Of a stretch of DNA of 64,000 nt, positions 42,012 through 52,323 are shown one piece after another. The translations under genes and the position numbers were made by a program. The stretch is from contig CBFIGY010000012.1 of NCBI GenBank assembly GCA_965662235.1, forward strand, positions 23,113-87,112, given 5' to 3'. The DNA is from an uncultured bacterium (lineage in GTDB: Bacteria > SAR324 > NAC60-12). How positions within the stretch are numbered: position 1 is the first letter of the stretch; the number at the start of each line of letters is the position of its first letter. Below the pieces are notes generated by a model. The model was not told where the DNA came from and ran no database searches. It saw only the letters and a program-made list of their open reading frames with translations.

Positions 42012-42434
42012 ATGGCAAAAGAAGCATCCGCATTCATCAAACTTCAAGTCCCGGCCGGGAAAGCGAATCCCTCACCGCCCATCGGACCTGCTCTGGGTCA
42101 GCACGGCGTGAACATCATGGAATTCTGCAAGGCCTTCAACGCCCGGACGCAGGGCATGGACACCATCATTCCGGTGGTGATCACGGTCTACAAGGATCGC
42201 TCCTTCGACTTCATCCTCAAAACCCCTCCGGTTCCCATTCTCATCAAAGAGGCGTTGAAACTGGATAAAGGGTCGGCGACCCCCAACACCAACAAGGTCG
42301 GAACCCTGACCCTGGCTCAGGTGGAGGAAATCGCCAAGAAGAAGATGCCTGACCTCAACTGCTACTCCCTAGAAGCGGCGATGAACACCGTCAAGGGCAC
42401 TGCAGAGAGCATGGGCATCGAGATTGCTGCTTAA
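42012..42434 (+). CDS. rplK: 50S ribosomal protein L11
   Basis: [29 protein letters not shown]. Confidence 0.98.
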   Translation: MAKEASAFIKLQVPAGKANPSPPIGPALGQHGVNIMEFCKAFNARTQGMDTIIPVVITVYKDRSFDFILKTPPVPILIKEALKLDKGSATPNTNKVGTLTLAQVEEIAKKKMPDLNCYSLEAAMNTVKGTAESMGIEIAA

Positions 42435-42449
42435 TTTAGGATACTCGTC

Positions 42450-43145
42450 ATGAAAAAAGTCACTAAGCGCGGGAGACTCATCCAAGAAAAGGTAGACCGC
42501 AACCGAAACTACGACCTCACCGAGGCCCTGCAGGTGCTCAAAGAGGTTCAAGGAACCAAGTTTGATGAAACCGTGGAAGTCGCGCTCCGGCTGGGCGTTG
42601 ACCCGCGGAAAGCCGACCAGATGGTCCGAGGTACCTGCGCGCTGCCGCATGGGCTCGGAAAAGAAGTCCGTGTGCTGGTCTTTGCCAAAGGCGAAAAGGT
42701 CAAGGAAGCTGAAGAAGCTGGGGCCGATTACGTAGGCGGAGAAGAGCTCGCCAAGCGCATCCAAGAAGAAGGCTGGATGGAGTTTGAGCGGGTGGTGGCC
42801 ACCCCGGACATGATGGCCATTGTGGGACGGATCGGAAAGATCCTCGGACCCCGAGGCCTGATGCCAAACCCGAAAGTGGGCACCGTGACCTTTGACGTCG
42901 GACCCGTTGTGCAGTCGATCAAGGCTGGACAGGTGGAGTTCCGCGTGGACAAGGTGGGCAACATGCACGCCCCAGTGGGCAAGCTCTCCTTTGATCCAGA
43001 AAAACTGCGTGAGAACGTGGTGGCCTTTGTGGACGCCGTCAACCGGCTCAAGCCGTCGACCTCCAAAGGCATCTACATGCGCAATTGCAGCGTCAGCTCC
43101 ACCATGGGGCCGGGCCTGCGCATCGACCTGCAAACGGTCCGCTAA
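42450..43145 (+). CDS. rplA: 50S ribosomal protein L1
   Basis: [18 protein letters not shown] and STMGPG. Confidence 0.98.
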   Translation: MKKVTKRGRLIQEKVDRNRNYDLTEALQVLKEVQGTKFDETVEVALRLGVDPRKADQMVRGTCALPHGLGKEVRVLVFAKGEKVKEAEEAGADYVGGEELAKRIQEEGWMEFERVVATPDMMAIVGRIGKILGPRGLMPNPKVGTVTFDVGPVVQSIKAGQVEFRVDKVGNMHAPVGKLSFDPEKLRENVVAFVDAVNRLKPSTSKGIYMRNCSVSSTMGPGLRIDLQTVR

Positions 43146-43174
43146 GCCCATTCTCTTTTTTCGTTAGGCTGATT

Positions 43175-43227
43175 GTCGAAGACCGTAGGGGCCTGAGGGC
43201 ATAATCGCACTGCGACCCTACCGAGAC
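43175..43227 (+). ncRNA. L10 leader (rplJL autoregulatory RNA)
   Basis: gtcgaagaccgtagg...taa...cctaccgagac signature upstream of rplJ. Confidence 0.8.
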
Positions 43228-43344
43228 CGCGTGCCTGCGAACCTCTCTGTTCGCACCTCTCGCTCTCCCCTTCCTTCGTCTTCAGCTTTCATCGGGTGGC
43301 ACCCGTGCCTCCCTGTTCTGTCTAACCCTGCTGGAGAGTCCGAA

Positions 43345-43872
43345 ATGGACCGTTCCCAAAAGGAGCAATTCCTCGAAGAACTGCGAGGTATTTTCGGCAA
43401 TGCAACCAGTGGCGTTCTCGTCGACTACCAAGGCATGAGTGCCGCGGAAGTGGTGGAGCTGCGTCAGAAGTTGCATGAGGTCTCATCCTCCATGAAAGTG
43501 CTGAAGAATACGCTGGCTCGCTTGGCAGCTCAAGACACCGCTTTTGCTGAACTGTCGGATCAGTTCGTCCAGACCCGGGCGCTGATCTACAGTGACACCG
43601 ACCCTGTGGGGCAGGCAAAGGTTGTGGCTGATTTTGCTAAAACCCACAGCAAGTTACAGGTTCTCGCCGGTCTGTTGGCCGATGAAAACAAAGTTTCGGT
43701 CTTGTCTGACGCGGAAGTAGATGCCCTGAGCAAACTGCCTTCGAAAGAAGAGCTGCTTGTGAAACTGCTCTTCCTCATGCAGGCACCGGCTACTCAGTTC
43801 GTACGAACCCTCAACGAAGTCCCGGCGAAGTTCGTGCGTGTCCTTTCTGCAATTGCTGAAAGTAAAAACTAA
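43345..43872 (+). CDS. rplJ: 50S ribosomal protein L10
   Basis: MDRSQK, DYQGM, KNTL and LPSKEEL; SD ggag. Confidence 0.96.
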   Translation: MDRSQKEQFLEELRGIFGNATSGVLVDYQGMSAAEVVELRQKLHEVSSSMKVLKNTLARLAAQDTAFAELSDQFVQTRALIYSDTDPVGQAKVVADFAKTHSKLQVLAGLLADENKVSVLSDAEVDALSKLPSKEELLVKLLFLMQAPATQFVRTLNEVPAKFVRVLSAIAESKN

Positions 43873-43893
43873 CCCCTTACCACAGAACCGATC

Positions 43894-44271
43894 ATGTCGA
43901 TCACGAAAGACCAAGTTATTGAGTTCATCTCCAACATGTCTGTCTTGGAACTCTCCGAGATGGTCAAGGAACTGGAAGAGAAATTCGGCGTGAGTGCTGC
44001 TGCTGCTGTGGCTGCTGCTCCGGCTGCAGGTGGTGCTGCACCAGCTGCTGCTGAAGAGAAGACCGAGTTTGACGTCATTCTGGCCGATGCCGGTGACAAG
44101 AAGATCAACGTCATCAAGGAAGTGCGCACCATCACGGGCCTGGGCTTGAAAGAAGCCAAGGAGTTCGTTGAGTCGGCACCGAAGGCCGTGAAGGAAGGGG
44201 TCTCTAAGGAAGAAGCCGAGGAGATGAAGAAGAAGCTCGAAGAAGCGGGCGCCAAAATCGAGATCAAGTAA
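43894..44271 (+). CDS. rplL: 50S ribosomal protein L7/L12
   Basis: [17 protein letters not shown] and GLGLKEAK. Confidence 0.98.
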   Translation: MSITKDQVIEFISNMSVLELSEMVKELEEKFGVSAAAAVAAAPAAGGAAPAAAEEKTEFDVILADAGDKKINVIKEVRTITGLGLKEAKEFVESAPKAVKEGVSKEEAEEMKKKLEEAGAKIEIK

Positions 44272-44281
44272 TTGCTCTCGT

Positions 44282-44310
44282 AGGGGGCTCCTCCCGGAGC
44301 CTCCTTTTTT
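44282..44310 (+). terminator. Intrinsic terminator after rplL
   Basis: agggggctcc-tccc-ggagcctcct stem followed by a T tract. Confidence 0.85.
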
Positions 44311-44381
44311 ACGGACGAAGGTTCGTCCCCGCTCCTTCAGAACTCCCCCTCGCTCTTACTCCTCAAAAAGCTCCAACCGGG

Positions 44382-46019
44382 TCACTCGCGTTGAGGACTC
44401 GACATGGGTTCCGGACGGTAGTGCCGCAGCAGGTAGTGCAACGCCTGTCCCAAGGCCTGACGGCTGTATCCGGGCATCACCAGCTTAGACACCGAACCCA
44501 GACGGAGCGCCTCTTCCGGATTCAACAGCTCCCGTTCATAGCGGGTGGTTAGCTCGGCCAGCGCCCGCTCCCGAACGGCGGTGGCTTCTGCTTCCGGCGT
44601 CCCGGACCGTCGTGCCGCTTCGTAGGCACCAAGGATTTCACGGTACTCGTCTTTGTAAATGAACTGCCGTCCTGCCGGGCCCATCACAGCGATGCGAGCA
44701 CTGGGGAGGGCAAAGACAAAGTCAGCGCCAATGTGAGTGCTGTTCCAAGCACAGTAGGCCCCGCCAAAGGCGTTCCGGACAATCAGGGTCAGCCGTGGCA
44801 CCCGCAGGTCGACGATTGCATCCAGCAGCTCCCGTCCGGCCTGCACAATGCCTGCACGCTCCTGCTCGGATCCGGGAGCGTAGCCGCTGACGTCTTCCAG
44901 GAAGATGACCGGAATGTTGTAGAGGTTGCAGAAGCGGATGAACTTGGCCCCCTTCCGAGACGCGTCCACATCAATGTTTCCGGAATTGAAGGCGCTGTTG
45001 TTGGCAATGAATCCGCAGACCTGTCCGCCCATGCGTCCGAACGCGGTGATGATCTGACGGGCACGGACGGGTTGCAGCTCAAAGTAATCGCCGTAATCGA
45101 CCAGCTGTTGCAGGAACAGGCGCATGTCAAACGGTGTGTTGAAACCAGACGCCGGGTTGGTGAAGGTCTTGTGAAGCAGGATCGCCTCTTCCTCCACATA
45201 ATCCTCCAGCGTGGGAGCCGTTTGCCGAACTGGAGCAAAGGAGTGGTTGTTGTCCGGCAGGTAGCTGAGCAATCGGAGGGTCAGGCGCAGGGCTCCGAGT
45301 TCATCTGGAGCCGTCAGGTCCACTACGCCACTCTGGCTGTGCACCTTGGGGCCACCAAGGTCGTCAGCGGTGATGTCCTCCCCGAGGGCCTGACGGACCA
45401 CATCCGGACCGGTGAGGCCAAAGAAGGTCTGCTCCGGCTGAATGACAAAGGACCCCTGCCGAGGCAGGTAGGCGCCTCCGCCGGCGTTGTAGCCAAACAT
45501 GAGCATCAGCGAAGGAACCACGCCACTGATCTTGCGCATGGCACTGAAGGCTTCGGAGTAACCGTCGAGCCCTCCGACTCCTGCTGGGACAAACGCACCA
45601 GCGGAATCGTTCATGCCAATCAGCGGAATGCCATGCTCGCCGGCCATGAGGATCTGGCGAGCCAGCTTGCCGCCGTTGGTGGCGTCCATGGAACCGGCTC
45701 GGACGGTGAAATCGTGCCCGTACAGCGCCACGTCCCGTCCCGCAATGTTGAGGATTCCGGTAACCATGCCGGCGCCATCGAGGTGGGCGCCCCAGTTCTG
45801 GAAGGTGATGTGCGGTTCCGCATCGGTCAGCACCCGAATCCGTTCCCAGACGGTCATCCGCTCCTTGATGTGCTGCACTCGCACCCGAGCCGGACCGCCT
45901 CCTTCCCGAGGCTTGGCCAGGAGTTCCTCTGCCCGACCCATCATCTCTTCGTAACGGTTCGGGTGGCGAGACGACTCAGCGGGCGCGTCAAAGGGATTGT
46001 TGAGGGTTGGAGCTGTCAT
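44382..46019 (-). CDS. Acyl-CoA carboxylase carboxyltransferase (beta) subunit
   Basis: [37 protein letters not shown] and AVMGPAG. Confidence 0.9.
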   Translation of the reverse strand: MTAPTLNNPFDAPAESSRHPNRYEEMMGRAEELLAKPREGGGPARVRVQHIKERMTVWERIRVLTDAEPHITFQNWGAHLDGAGMVTGILNIAGRDVALYGHDFTVRAGSMDATNGGKLARQILMAGEHGIPLIGMNDSAGAFVPAGVGGLDGYSEAFSAMRKISGVVPSLMLMFGYNAGGGAYLPRQGSFVIQPEQTFFGLTGPDVVRQALGEDITADDLGGPKVHSQSGVVDLTAPDELGALRLTLRLLSYLPDNNHSFAPVRQTAPTLEDYVEEEAILLHKTFTNPASGFNTPFDMRLFLQQLVDYGDYFELQPVRARQIITAFGRMGGQVCGFIANNSAFNSGNIDVDASRKGAKFIRFCNLYNIPVIFLEDVSGYAPGSEQERAGIVQAGRELLDAIVDLRVPRLTLIVRNAFGGAYCAWNSTHIGADFVFALPSARIAVMGPAGRQFIYKDEYREILGAYEAARRSGTPEAEATAVRERALAELTTRYERELLNPEEALRLGSVSKLVMPGYSRQALGQALHYLLRHYRPEPMSSPQRE

Positions 46020-46128
46020 GAAGGCTGTCTGAATGAGGGTCTGGAGGAAGGGAGGCGGATGGCGTCCCAAGGTTGCGGAGGCCGAGTGTAAGGCGTGTTG
46101 CGTGTGGGGGCAAGCTAAAGGCGCCTGC

Positions 46129-47379
46129 TCACCCGCTGATGAGCTGGTTCATGGAGAGCATGGGCAGGAGCACGGCCAAGGCAATGAAGCCCACCACGCC
46201 CCCCATCAGCAGAATCAAGGCGGGCTGAAGCAGAGACGTCAAAGACTCCATCAATCCGGAAACCTCATCCTGCATCCGGTTGGACACCCGTTCCAGCAAT
46301 TCGTCAACCCGCGCGGCCTCCTCGCCAATGGCAACGACGTGCCGGACGTATTCTGGGAAGTACTCAATCCGTCCCATCGCCGAAGAGAGCGGAATGCCCT
46401 TGTTGTTGACGTCAATGATGAGCTGATCCAGCTTCTGCACAAAGAAGCGGTTGTCGACCACGTGTTTGGAGATCTCCAAGGCGGTCTTGAGGTCAATGCC
46501 GGAGTGCAGAAGGAGACCGAGGGTCTGGCTGAAGCGGGCGACCATCACCTTGATGCGGAGCGTCTTCAATCCCGGAAGGTTGAGCTCAAGGTAATCTCGC
46601 CACCGCTGCCCCGGTGGACTGCGCCAGAAGGAGACAAAGCCCATCAAGGCGGCAAAGACCAGCACCAGCAGCAGCAGCCCGTTGTGAGAAACAAAGTCAC
46701 TGAGGCCCATGAGCAGCCGAGTCGGCAACGGCAAGGCCGCCTGCTGAGACTCAAAGATCTGTGTTACCTTGGGCACCACCGTGGTCACCATGAACGCAAC
46801 CACCGCAACCCCAAAGACGGTCATGAAGGCCGGATAGATCAACGCCGACCGGAGTTTGGAACGCAGCTGGTCCTGCTGCTCGTAGTACTCGGAGAGCCGT
46901 TTCATGATCACCCCCAAGGAGCCTCCGTTTTCTCCGGAACGGACCATGCTAACGTACATGCCAGGAAACGCTTCCGGGTGCTCCCCCATGGCGTCGGCAA
47001 GAGATTGCCCTTCCACCACACGACTCCGGATGTCAGAAAGGATGCTCTGGAACTTGGGATTCTCCGTCTGAGGAATGATCAGCTGAAAGGCCCGGTCGTA
47101 GGGAATGGTGGCGTCCAGCAAAACCTCCAGCTGGCGGGTGAAGAGCATCAGCTCGCGACCAAATCCAGTTTGCAGCTTGGGGAGCTGGAAGCGCTTACGT
47201 GGCTTCGTCTCAGCAGCGACCTTGCGGCCTCCGAGGGCAAAACGGCTGGTCCGGATGTCTTTGGGAAACCAGTTCTTGGAGCGCAGCCACTGCTGAACCT
47301 CTGCCTCGGAGGTGGCATCCTGAGAACCCTTCTGCAGGCGGCCTTGGTCGTCGTAGGCTTGGTAATGAAAAATGGGCAT
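46129..47379 (-). CDS. gspF: Type II secretion/pilus inner-membrane platform protein GspF/PilC
   Basis: [29 protein letters not shown] and AVLLPM. Confidence 0.9.
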   Translation of the reverse strand: MPIFHYQAYDDQGRLQKGSQDATSEAEVQQWLRSKNWFPKDIRTSRFALGGRKVAAETKPRKRFQLPKLQTGFGRELMLFTRQLEVLLDATIPYDRAFQLIIPQTENPKFQSILSDIRSRVVEGQSLADAMGEHPEAFPGMYVSMVRSGENGGSLGVIMKRLSEYYEQQDQLRSKLRSALIYPAFMTVFGVAVVAFMVTTVVPKVTQIFESQQAALPLPTRLLMGLSDFVSHNGLLLLVLVFAALMGFVSFWRSPPGQRWRDYLELNLPGLKTLRIKVMVARFSQTLGLLLHSGIDLKTALEISKHVVDNRFFVQKLDQLIIDVNNKGIPLSSAMGRIEYFPEYVRHVVAIGEEAARVDELLERVSNRMQDEVSGLMESLTSLLQPALILLMGGVVGFIALAVLLPMLSMNQLISG

Positions 47380-47590
47380 AGGGTGATTCCACTGAAGAAG
47401 TCGGTCTTGGAATCCTACTGGAAGCGGCCTTCAGGCGCAACTCCGGGAGCAGCTTGCCAGACGATCCTGATGCCTCAGGCGCAGCAAGGGACCGGGAAAC
47501 TGCATTGAAACTTGAGGGATTTGCGCGAAACTAAGCCCACGGCTTCAGGCAACTCAGGAGCCCCTTGACCCCTCGCACGGATGAACTCCC

Positions 47591-48730
47591 ATGACTGCTG
47601 TTGACCTTCTCGAAAAGCTGGTGAGCTTTCCGACAGTTTCTCGTGACTCCAACCTTCCGCTGATTGAGTTTGTGGAACACTACCTCGCTGAGCACGGTGT
47701 CTCGTCGGTGCGGGTGCCCAACGATTCCGGCACCAAGGCGAACCTTTATGCGACCATTGGGCCCGCTGTTGAAGGCGGAGTGGTGCTTTCTGGGCATACC
47801 GACGTGGTGCCGGTGGAAGGACAGCCCTGGAGCTCAGACCCCTTTACGCTGACTTCACGCGGGACACGTTACTACGGGCGGGGCACCTGTGACATGAAGG
47901 CTTTTTTGGCGTTGGCCCTGGCGTTGGTTCCTGAAATGGGAACGTTGAAGAAGCCCCTCCACCTTGCGCTTTCCTACGATGAGGAGGTGGGGTGCTTGGG
48001 AGCTCCACGAATGATTGAGCAGCTCCAGCGTCAGGTGCCCAAGCCTCAGGCGGTGATTGTTGGAGAGCCCTCGATGATGCGGGCGGTGACGGCGCACAAG
48101 GGCATTGCGGCGTTCCGGACCACGGTCACGGGACATGAAGCCCATTCCAGCCTCGTTCACCAGGGAGTGAGCGCTGTGATGAATGCGGCTAAGCTCATCA
48201 ACTGGCTGAGTGAACGCGGGGAGCGTTTCCGCAATGAGACCTCCACGACCACCGGATTTGAACCGCATCACACGAGTGTGCATGTAGGAACCGTCCAAGG
48301 TGGAACCGCGGTCAACATCATCTCCCGTCAGTGTCAGTTTGTCTGGGACGTCCGGACGGTGCCTGAAGACACGGCCCAGGCGGTGTTGGAGGAATTTGAA
48401 CGCTTCTGTGCCCGGGAGATCCTTCCGAAGATGCAGGCGGTTCATGAGGGCACAGGCATCCGGACTGAGGTCCTGGCAGACACGCCTCCGTTGCAGGAGG
48501 ATCCAGATTCGCCGGCCACTCAGTTGGCCCAGCAGCTGGTCGGGACCACCCACACCTCGCGGGTGGCGTATGCGGCAGAGGCGGGTCAGTTTCAGCAGGC
48601 GGGCTTTCCAACGGTCATCTGCGGTCCGGGTTCCATCGAGCAGGCCCATCAGCCCGATGAGTTCATTGAGGCGGAGCAGCTCCAGGCAGGAGAAGCCTTC
48701 TTGCGCCGGTTGGTGCAGCACCTCTCCTGA
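47591..48730 (+). CDS. argE: Acetylornithine deacetylase
   Basis: FPTVSRDSN, SGHTDVVP, GRGTCDMK, YDEEVGC, GEP and AHQPDEF. Confidence 0.9.
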   Translation: MTAVDLLEKLVSFPTVSRDSNLPLIEFVEHYLAEHGVSSVRVPNDSGTKANLYATIGPAVEGGVVLSGHTDVVPVEGQPWSSDPFTLTSRGTRYYGRGTCDMKAFLALALALVPEMGTLKKPLHLALSYDEEVGCLGAPRMIEQLQRQVPKPQAVIVGEPSMMRAVTAHKGIAAFRTTVTGHEAHSSLVHQGVSAVMNAAKLINWLSERGERFRNETSTTTGFEPHHTSVHVGTVQGGTAVNIISRQCQFVWDVRTVPEDTAQAVLEEFERFCAREILPKMQAVHEGTGIRTEVLADTPPLQEDPDSPATQLAQQLVGTTHTSRVAYAAEAGQFQQAGFPTVICGPGSIEQAHQPDEFIEAEQLQAGEAFLRRLVQHLS

Positions 48731-48817
48731 CGCCGGCACCCGTCTTCACGGTTTGCACACGATTCCCTGCTACACTGAGCCTGATTTTTCCACAACTTCT
48801 TCAAGAAGGCGCACACG

Positions 48818-50251
48818 ATGATTTGGAAAAGCCGGCTCGGGTGGAAGCTCTTCAGCGTCCTCATGCTGAATGCGCTGATCATCATTGGGGTCATGGCCGG
48901 AGCGTTTCAGCTCAGCATTTCGCAGGATTTTGAAAACCTGGTCCGGGAACAGGCACGGGACCGGTTGGAGCAGCTGGCCCGGACCCTGGGGCAGGCGTAC
49001 CGGGTCGAGGGCAGCTGGGAGGGCGTGTTGCGCCGCCCAGAGCTGCGGGGGCTGTTCATGATGCAGCCTTCGTCACCGCCGCTTTATTCGTCCAAAAAGA
49101 AAAAGGACGATGACGATGAAGAAGACGATGATGACGATTACAAGGATCGCCGGCGCCGGATACGCCCGCCACGGGTGATGCACATCAGCCTGTTTGACCA
49201 AAAAGACCACCTGCTCATGGGGCCGCTGCTGCCACTGGAGTCGATCTCGGTGCCCATCACGGTGGCCGGAGAGGACGTGGGACGCCTAGCGGGGTCGATT
49301 CACTTACGGGGCAGCGACACCCGCGAAAGCCTGTTCCTGGAGCGTCAGATGCTGCTGATGTGGGTGTTGGCCGGCTCCATGGCGGTGATGGCCCTGCTGG
49401 TGGCTTTTGGCGTTTCCGCTTACCTGCTGCGCCCCATCCGGAGCCTAGCCGGAGGAACCCGAGCGATTGCAGAGCGGAATTTTACGGTCCGGCTGGAGCC
49501 TTATGGGAAGGATGAGCTTGGGCAGCTGGCTCGGGACTTCAACGCGATGGCTGCTGATCTGGAATCGTTTGAGGAGGAGCGCCGGCGGTGGATTGCAGAT
49601 ACGTCGCATGAGCTGGGAACGCCGCTGGCGGTGCTACGGGGGGAAATTGAAGCCCTGCAGGATGGCATCCGTGAGCCGACTCCAGAACGCCTGACCTCCC
49701 TGCACCACGAAGTCGTGCACCTGACGCGTCTGGTGGAAGACCTGAAGCTGATCAGCCGAGCTGAAGCCGGGCGTCTGGAACTGAACCTCCGGCCTGTCGA
49801 GCTGAAGGGGCTGCTGGAGGAGACCGTGCAGCGCTTTGAGGCTCGTCTTCAGCAAAAGGGCCTGCAGCTGCAGCTGCAAGCGACGCCGGATCTGTATGTG
49901 TCCGGAGACAGTGAACGGCTGGAGCAGGTGCTAGGGAACCTGCTGGAAAACGTGTTGCGCTACGCCGATGCTCCCGGAACCGTTCGGCTCAGCTGTGAAG
50001 CAGCTGGGGACCAGGTCCGTTGTCGGGTGGAAGACTCTGGACCAGGAGTGCCCGCCGAGCTCCTGAGCCAACTCTTTGATCGTTTCTTCCGCGCAGAAGG
50101 TTCCCGCAACCGCGCCACCGGAGGCAGTGGCCTAGGCCTCGCCATTTGCAAAAACCTGATTGAGGCGCACGGCGGCCGCATCTCGGCGCAGCCTTCTGCA
50201 CTCGGTGGGCTTTGCATTGACCTTCAACTCCCTCACAAACCCCCAACATGA
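48818..50251 (+). CDS. Sensor histidine kinase, BaeS-like (2 TM, HAMP, HisKA, HATPase)
   Basis: DELGQLARDFN, SHELGTPL, NLLEN, DSGPG and GGSGLGL. Confidence 0.93.
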   Translation: MIWKSRLGWKLFSVLMLNALIIIGVMAGAFQLSISQDFENLVREQARDRLEQLARTLGQAYRVEGSWEGVLRRPELRGLFMMQPSSPPLYSSKKKKDDDDEEDDDDDYKDRRRRIRPPRVMHISLFDQKDHLLMGPLLPLESISVPITVAGEDVGRLAGSIHLRGSDTRESLFLERQMLLMWVLAGSMAVMALLVAFGVSAYLLRPIRSLAGGTRAIAERNFTVRLEPYGKDELGQLARDFNAMAADLESFEEERRRWIADTSHELGTPLAVLRGEIEALQDGIREPTPERLTSLHHEVVHLTRLVEDLKLISRAEAGRLELNLRPVELKGLLEETVQRFEARLQQKGLQLQLQATPDLYVSGDSERLEQVLGNLLENVLRYADAPGTVRLSCEAAGDQVRCRVEDSGPGVPAELLSQLFDRFFRAEGSRNRATGGSGLGLAICKNLIEAHGGRISAQPSALGGLCIDLQLPHKPPT

Positions 50252-50931
50252 CCAACGGCACCATTCTGATTGTTGAAGATGAGGTCAAATTAGCGGAGCT
50301 GCTGCGGGATTACCTGCAGGCCTCCGGGTTTGACACGGAACTCCTGCACCGGGGAGACGGTGTGGTGGAACACATCCGCAGCCGGGAACCCGACGCGATG
50401 CTGCTGGACCTGATGCTTCCGGGCATGGACGGGACTGAAATCTGCCGTGAGGTCCGCAAGTTCTCCCAGGTTCCCATCTTGATGGTGACCGCCAAGACTG
50501 AGGAAATCGACCGCCTGCTGGGGCTGGAGCTGGGCGCTGATGATTACATCAGCAAGCCCTTCAGTCCGCGGGAGGTGGTGGCCCGCGTGAAGGCGGTTCT
50601 GCGACGGGTCCGCCTGCCGCAAAATGAAGGTCCGCTCCTCAAAGCCGGACCGCTGGTGCTCAATCCGGAGACCCACCTTGCCCACATTGAGGGAACGGCC
50701 CTAGAGCTCACTCCCACCGAGTTCGGCCTCCTGAAGGCCTTCCTGCACCGTCCGGAACGGGTGTTCTCCCGAGACGAGCTCCTCAATCAGGTACAGGGGT
50801 ACGACTTTGCCGGATACGACCGGACCATTGACACCCACATCAAGAACCTGCGCAAGAAGCTTGCGCCCTACGACCTTGATCGCTGCATTGCGTCGGTCTA
50901 TGGCGTGGGCTACCGCTTTTCCCTACCGTAA
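50248..50931 (+). CDS. OmpR-family response regulator, BaeR-like
   Basis: VEDE, LDLMLPG, GADDYISKPFSPRE, DRTIDTHIKNLRKK and YGVGY. Confidence 0.94.
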   Translation: MTNGTILIVEDEVKLAELLRDYLQASGFDTELLHRGDGVVEHIRSREPDAMLLDLMLPGMDGTEICREVRKFSQVPILMVTAKTEEIDRLLGLELGADDYISKPFSPREVVARVKAVLRRVRLPQNEGPLLKAGPLVLNPETHLAHIEGTALELTPTEFGLLKAFLHRPERVFSRDELLNQVQGYDFAGYDRTIDTHIKNLRKKLAPYDLDRCIASVYGVGYRFSLP

Positions 50932-50938
50932 AAAAACG

Positions 50939-50982
50939 CCCTCCACATTCATCCCAGATTCCCTTCAAAATCCCTCCACATT
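50939..50982 (+). promoter_or_regulatory. Four tandem 11-bp direct repeats, putative response-regulator operator
   Basis: ccctccacatt / catcccagatt / cccttcaaaat / ccctccacatt. Confidence 0.6.
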
Positions 50983-51077
50983 CCCCCGTTATTCTGGAAT
51001 CAAGTTGAGCGGGCAATCGCTCACCACAAGCGAGCGATCCTGCTCCCAGAATGAAACCACTGACCCAAAGAGGGATT

Positions 51078-51692
51078 ATGAAAAAGTCAATGAAATGGAT
51101 GATCACTGCACTCGTCGGCACCGGCCTGATTGCTGGAACTGCTTTGGCCCACCGTGGCGGTTATGGAGACCGTGACGGAAGCCGCGATGGCTACAACGGC
51201 TCTCGTATGGAGGACCGTTGGGATCGAAACGATCGACGCGGACGCAACATGGGAATGGGCATGGACGAGGCTGCGCTGGACATGCGCCGGCTCTTTCAGC
51301 AAGACATGACCACCAACCGCGTAACGGCTCTGGCAGAGATCAGCGGCAAATCGGAGTCTGAAGTCAGCGCCCTGCTCCAGAACCGCTCCATGGGAATGGT
51401 GATGCGTGAATTGAACGTGACCCCGCAGCAGCTCCAACCGGTCCTGCACGCGAAGATGGTGATGTCAGTCTACCAAGCCGTCGAGGAAAAACGGATCACG
51501 CAGGAAGAAGCCGACCGGATGTATTCCATGATGAGCCTGGGGCCTCAAGGCGGTCGCCCAGCACCCCGTGGACAGGGATACAATCAGAACTGGGACAACG
51601 ACGACGATGACAACGACGACAATTCCTACCGCCCTGGTCCAGGACGGAATCGCCCAGTGCCTCCGGCTGCGACTCCGGACGCCACCAACTGA
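51078..51692 (+). CDS. Secreted, Met/Arg/Gly-rich helical protein (Spy/CpxP/ZraP-like architecture)
   Basis: Signal peptide ending ALA; low-complexity termini; located downstream of the two-component system. Confidence 0.7.
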   Translation: MKKSMKWMITALVGTGLIAGTALAHRGGYGDRDGSRDGYNGSRMEDRWDRNDRRGRNMGMGMDEAALDMRRLFQQDMTTNRVTALAEISGKSESEVSALLQNRSMGMVMRELNVTPQQLQPVLHAKMVMSVYQAVEEKRITQEEADRMYSMMSLGPQGGRPAPRGQGYNQNWDNDDDDNDDNSYRPGPGRNRPVPPAATPDATN

Positions 51693-51824
51693 GCCTCTCT
51701 CTCCGAGGGGGCTCTGGCCCTCTCGGAAAAAAGTTTCCCCCATTTTTTGAAAAATCCAATGGGTTCCGTCTCAAGGGAGTATGAACTCCTTTGAGACCAC
51801 CCAAACCCGCTAAAGAGATTGAAA

Positions 51825-52265
51825 ATGAAAAAAGCCACGACCCTGAAGTCCCTGTTTGCCGTCCTGCTGACCTCTGGAATGATTGCCGGAGGCGCCTGGG
51901 CCAGCACCCTGCCCACTCATGTTCCTCAAGCGACCTCTAGCCAACAAACGATCCTTTCTGAAGTGGGACGGACGTTCCATGGAGAGGTGCTGCAGAATCA
52001 GGCCGCCGTTTTGGCTGACCTCAGTGGGCAACCGCTTGAGACCGTGCAGAATCAACTAGCCCATCGTCCTCTGGTGCAGCTCATCCGTCAGTATGAACTG
52101 AACCCACGAAACGTGGCCACTCGGTTTCAGGCCCGGATGGTGTCAACGGTGATGAAGGGGTTGCAGGAGCACCGCATCTCCAAGTCCGAGGCGGAAGCAA
52201 TGTACGGGGCGTTGCAGAAGGCTCAGCAGCAGAGCCCGTTTGGCGCGCTGCTGAAGCTGATCTGA
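51825..52265 (+). CDS. Secreted protein, paralog of the upstream gene
   Basis: Signal peptide ending AWA; shares LA(E/D)(I/L)SG, ELN, A(K/R)MV and RI(T/S)..EA..MY blocks. Confidence 0.7.
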   Translation: MKKATTLKSLFAVLLTSGMIAGGAWASTLPTHVPQATSSQQTILSEVGRTFHGEVLQNQAAVLADLSGQPLETVQNQLAHRPLVQLIRQYELNPRNVATRFQARMVSTVMKGLQEHRISKSEAEAMYGALQKAQQQSPFGALLKLI

Positions 52266-52283
52266 TTCCGGAAGACGGAAAGG

Positions 52284-52311
52284 CGTCCGTCCGCATGATC
52301 TCGGACGGACG
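52284..52311. terminator. Hairpin between convergent genes
   Basis: cgtccgtccg-N8-cggacggacg, a perfect 10-bp stem. Confidence 0.6.
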
Positions 52312-52323
52312 GAAGGTGAGGGT

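Noticed and set aside
43231..43344. N-terminal extension of L10 (likewise the ORF-track extensions of hypA, hypC, hypE, FadL and PPase)
   Set aside because: Family-typical N-termini begin at downstream starts; the extensions overlap leaders or neighbouring genes.
44733..47508. Two long plus-strand ORFs (452 and 491 aa)
   Set aside because: They are antisense shadows of the carboxyltransferase and gspF and carry no domain motifs.
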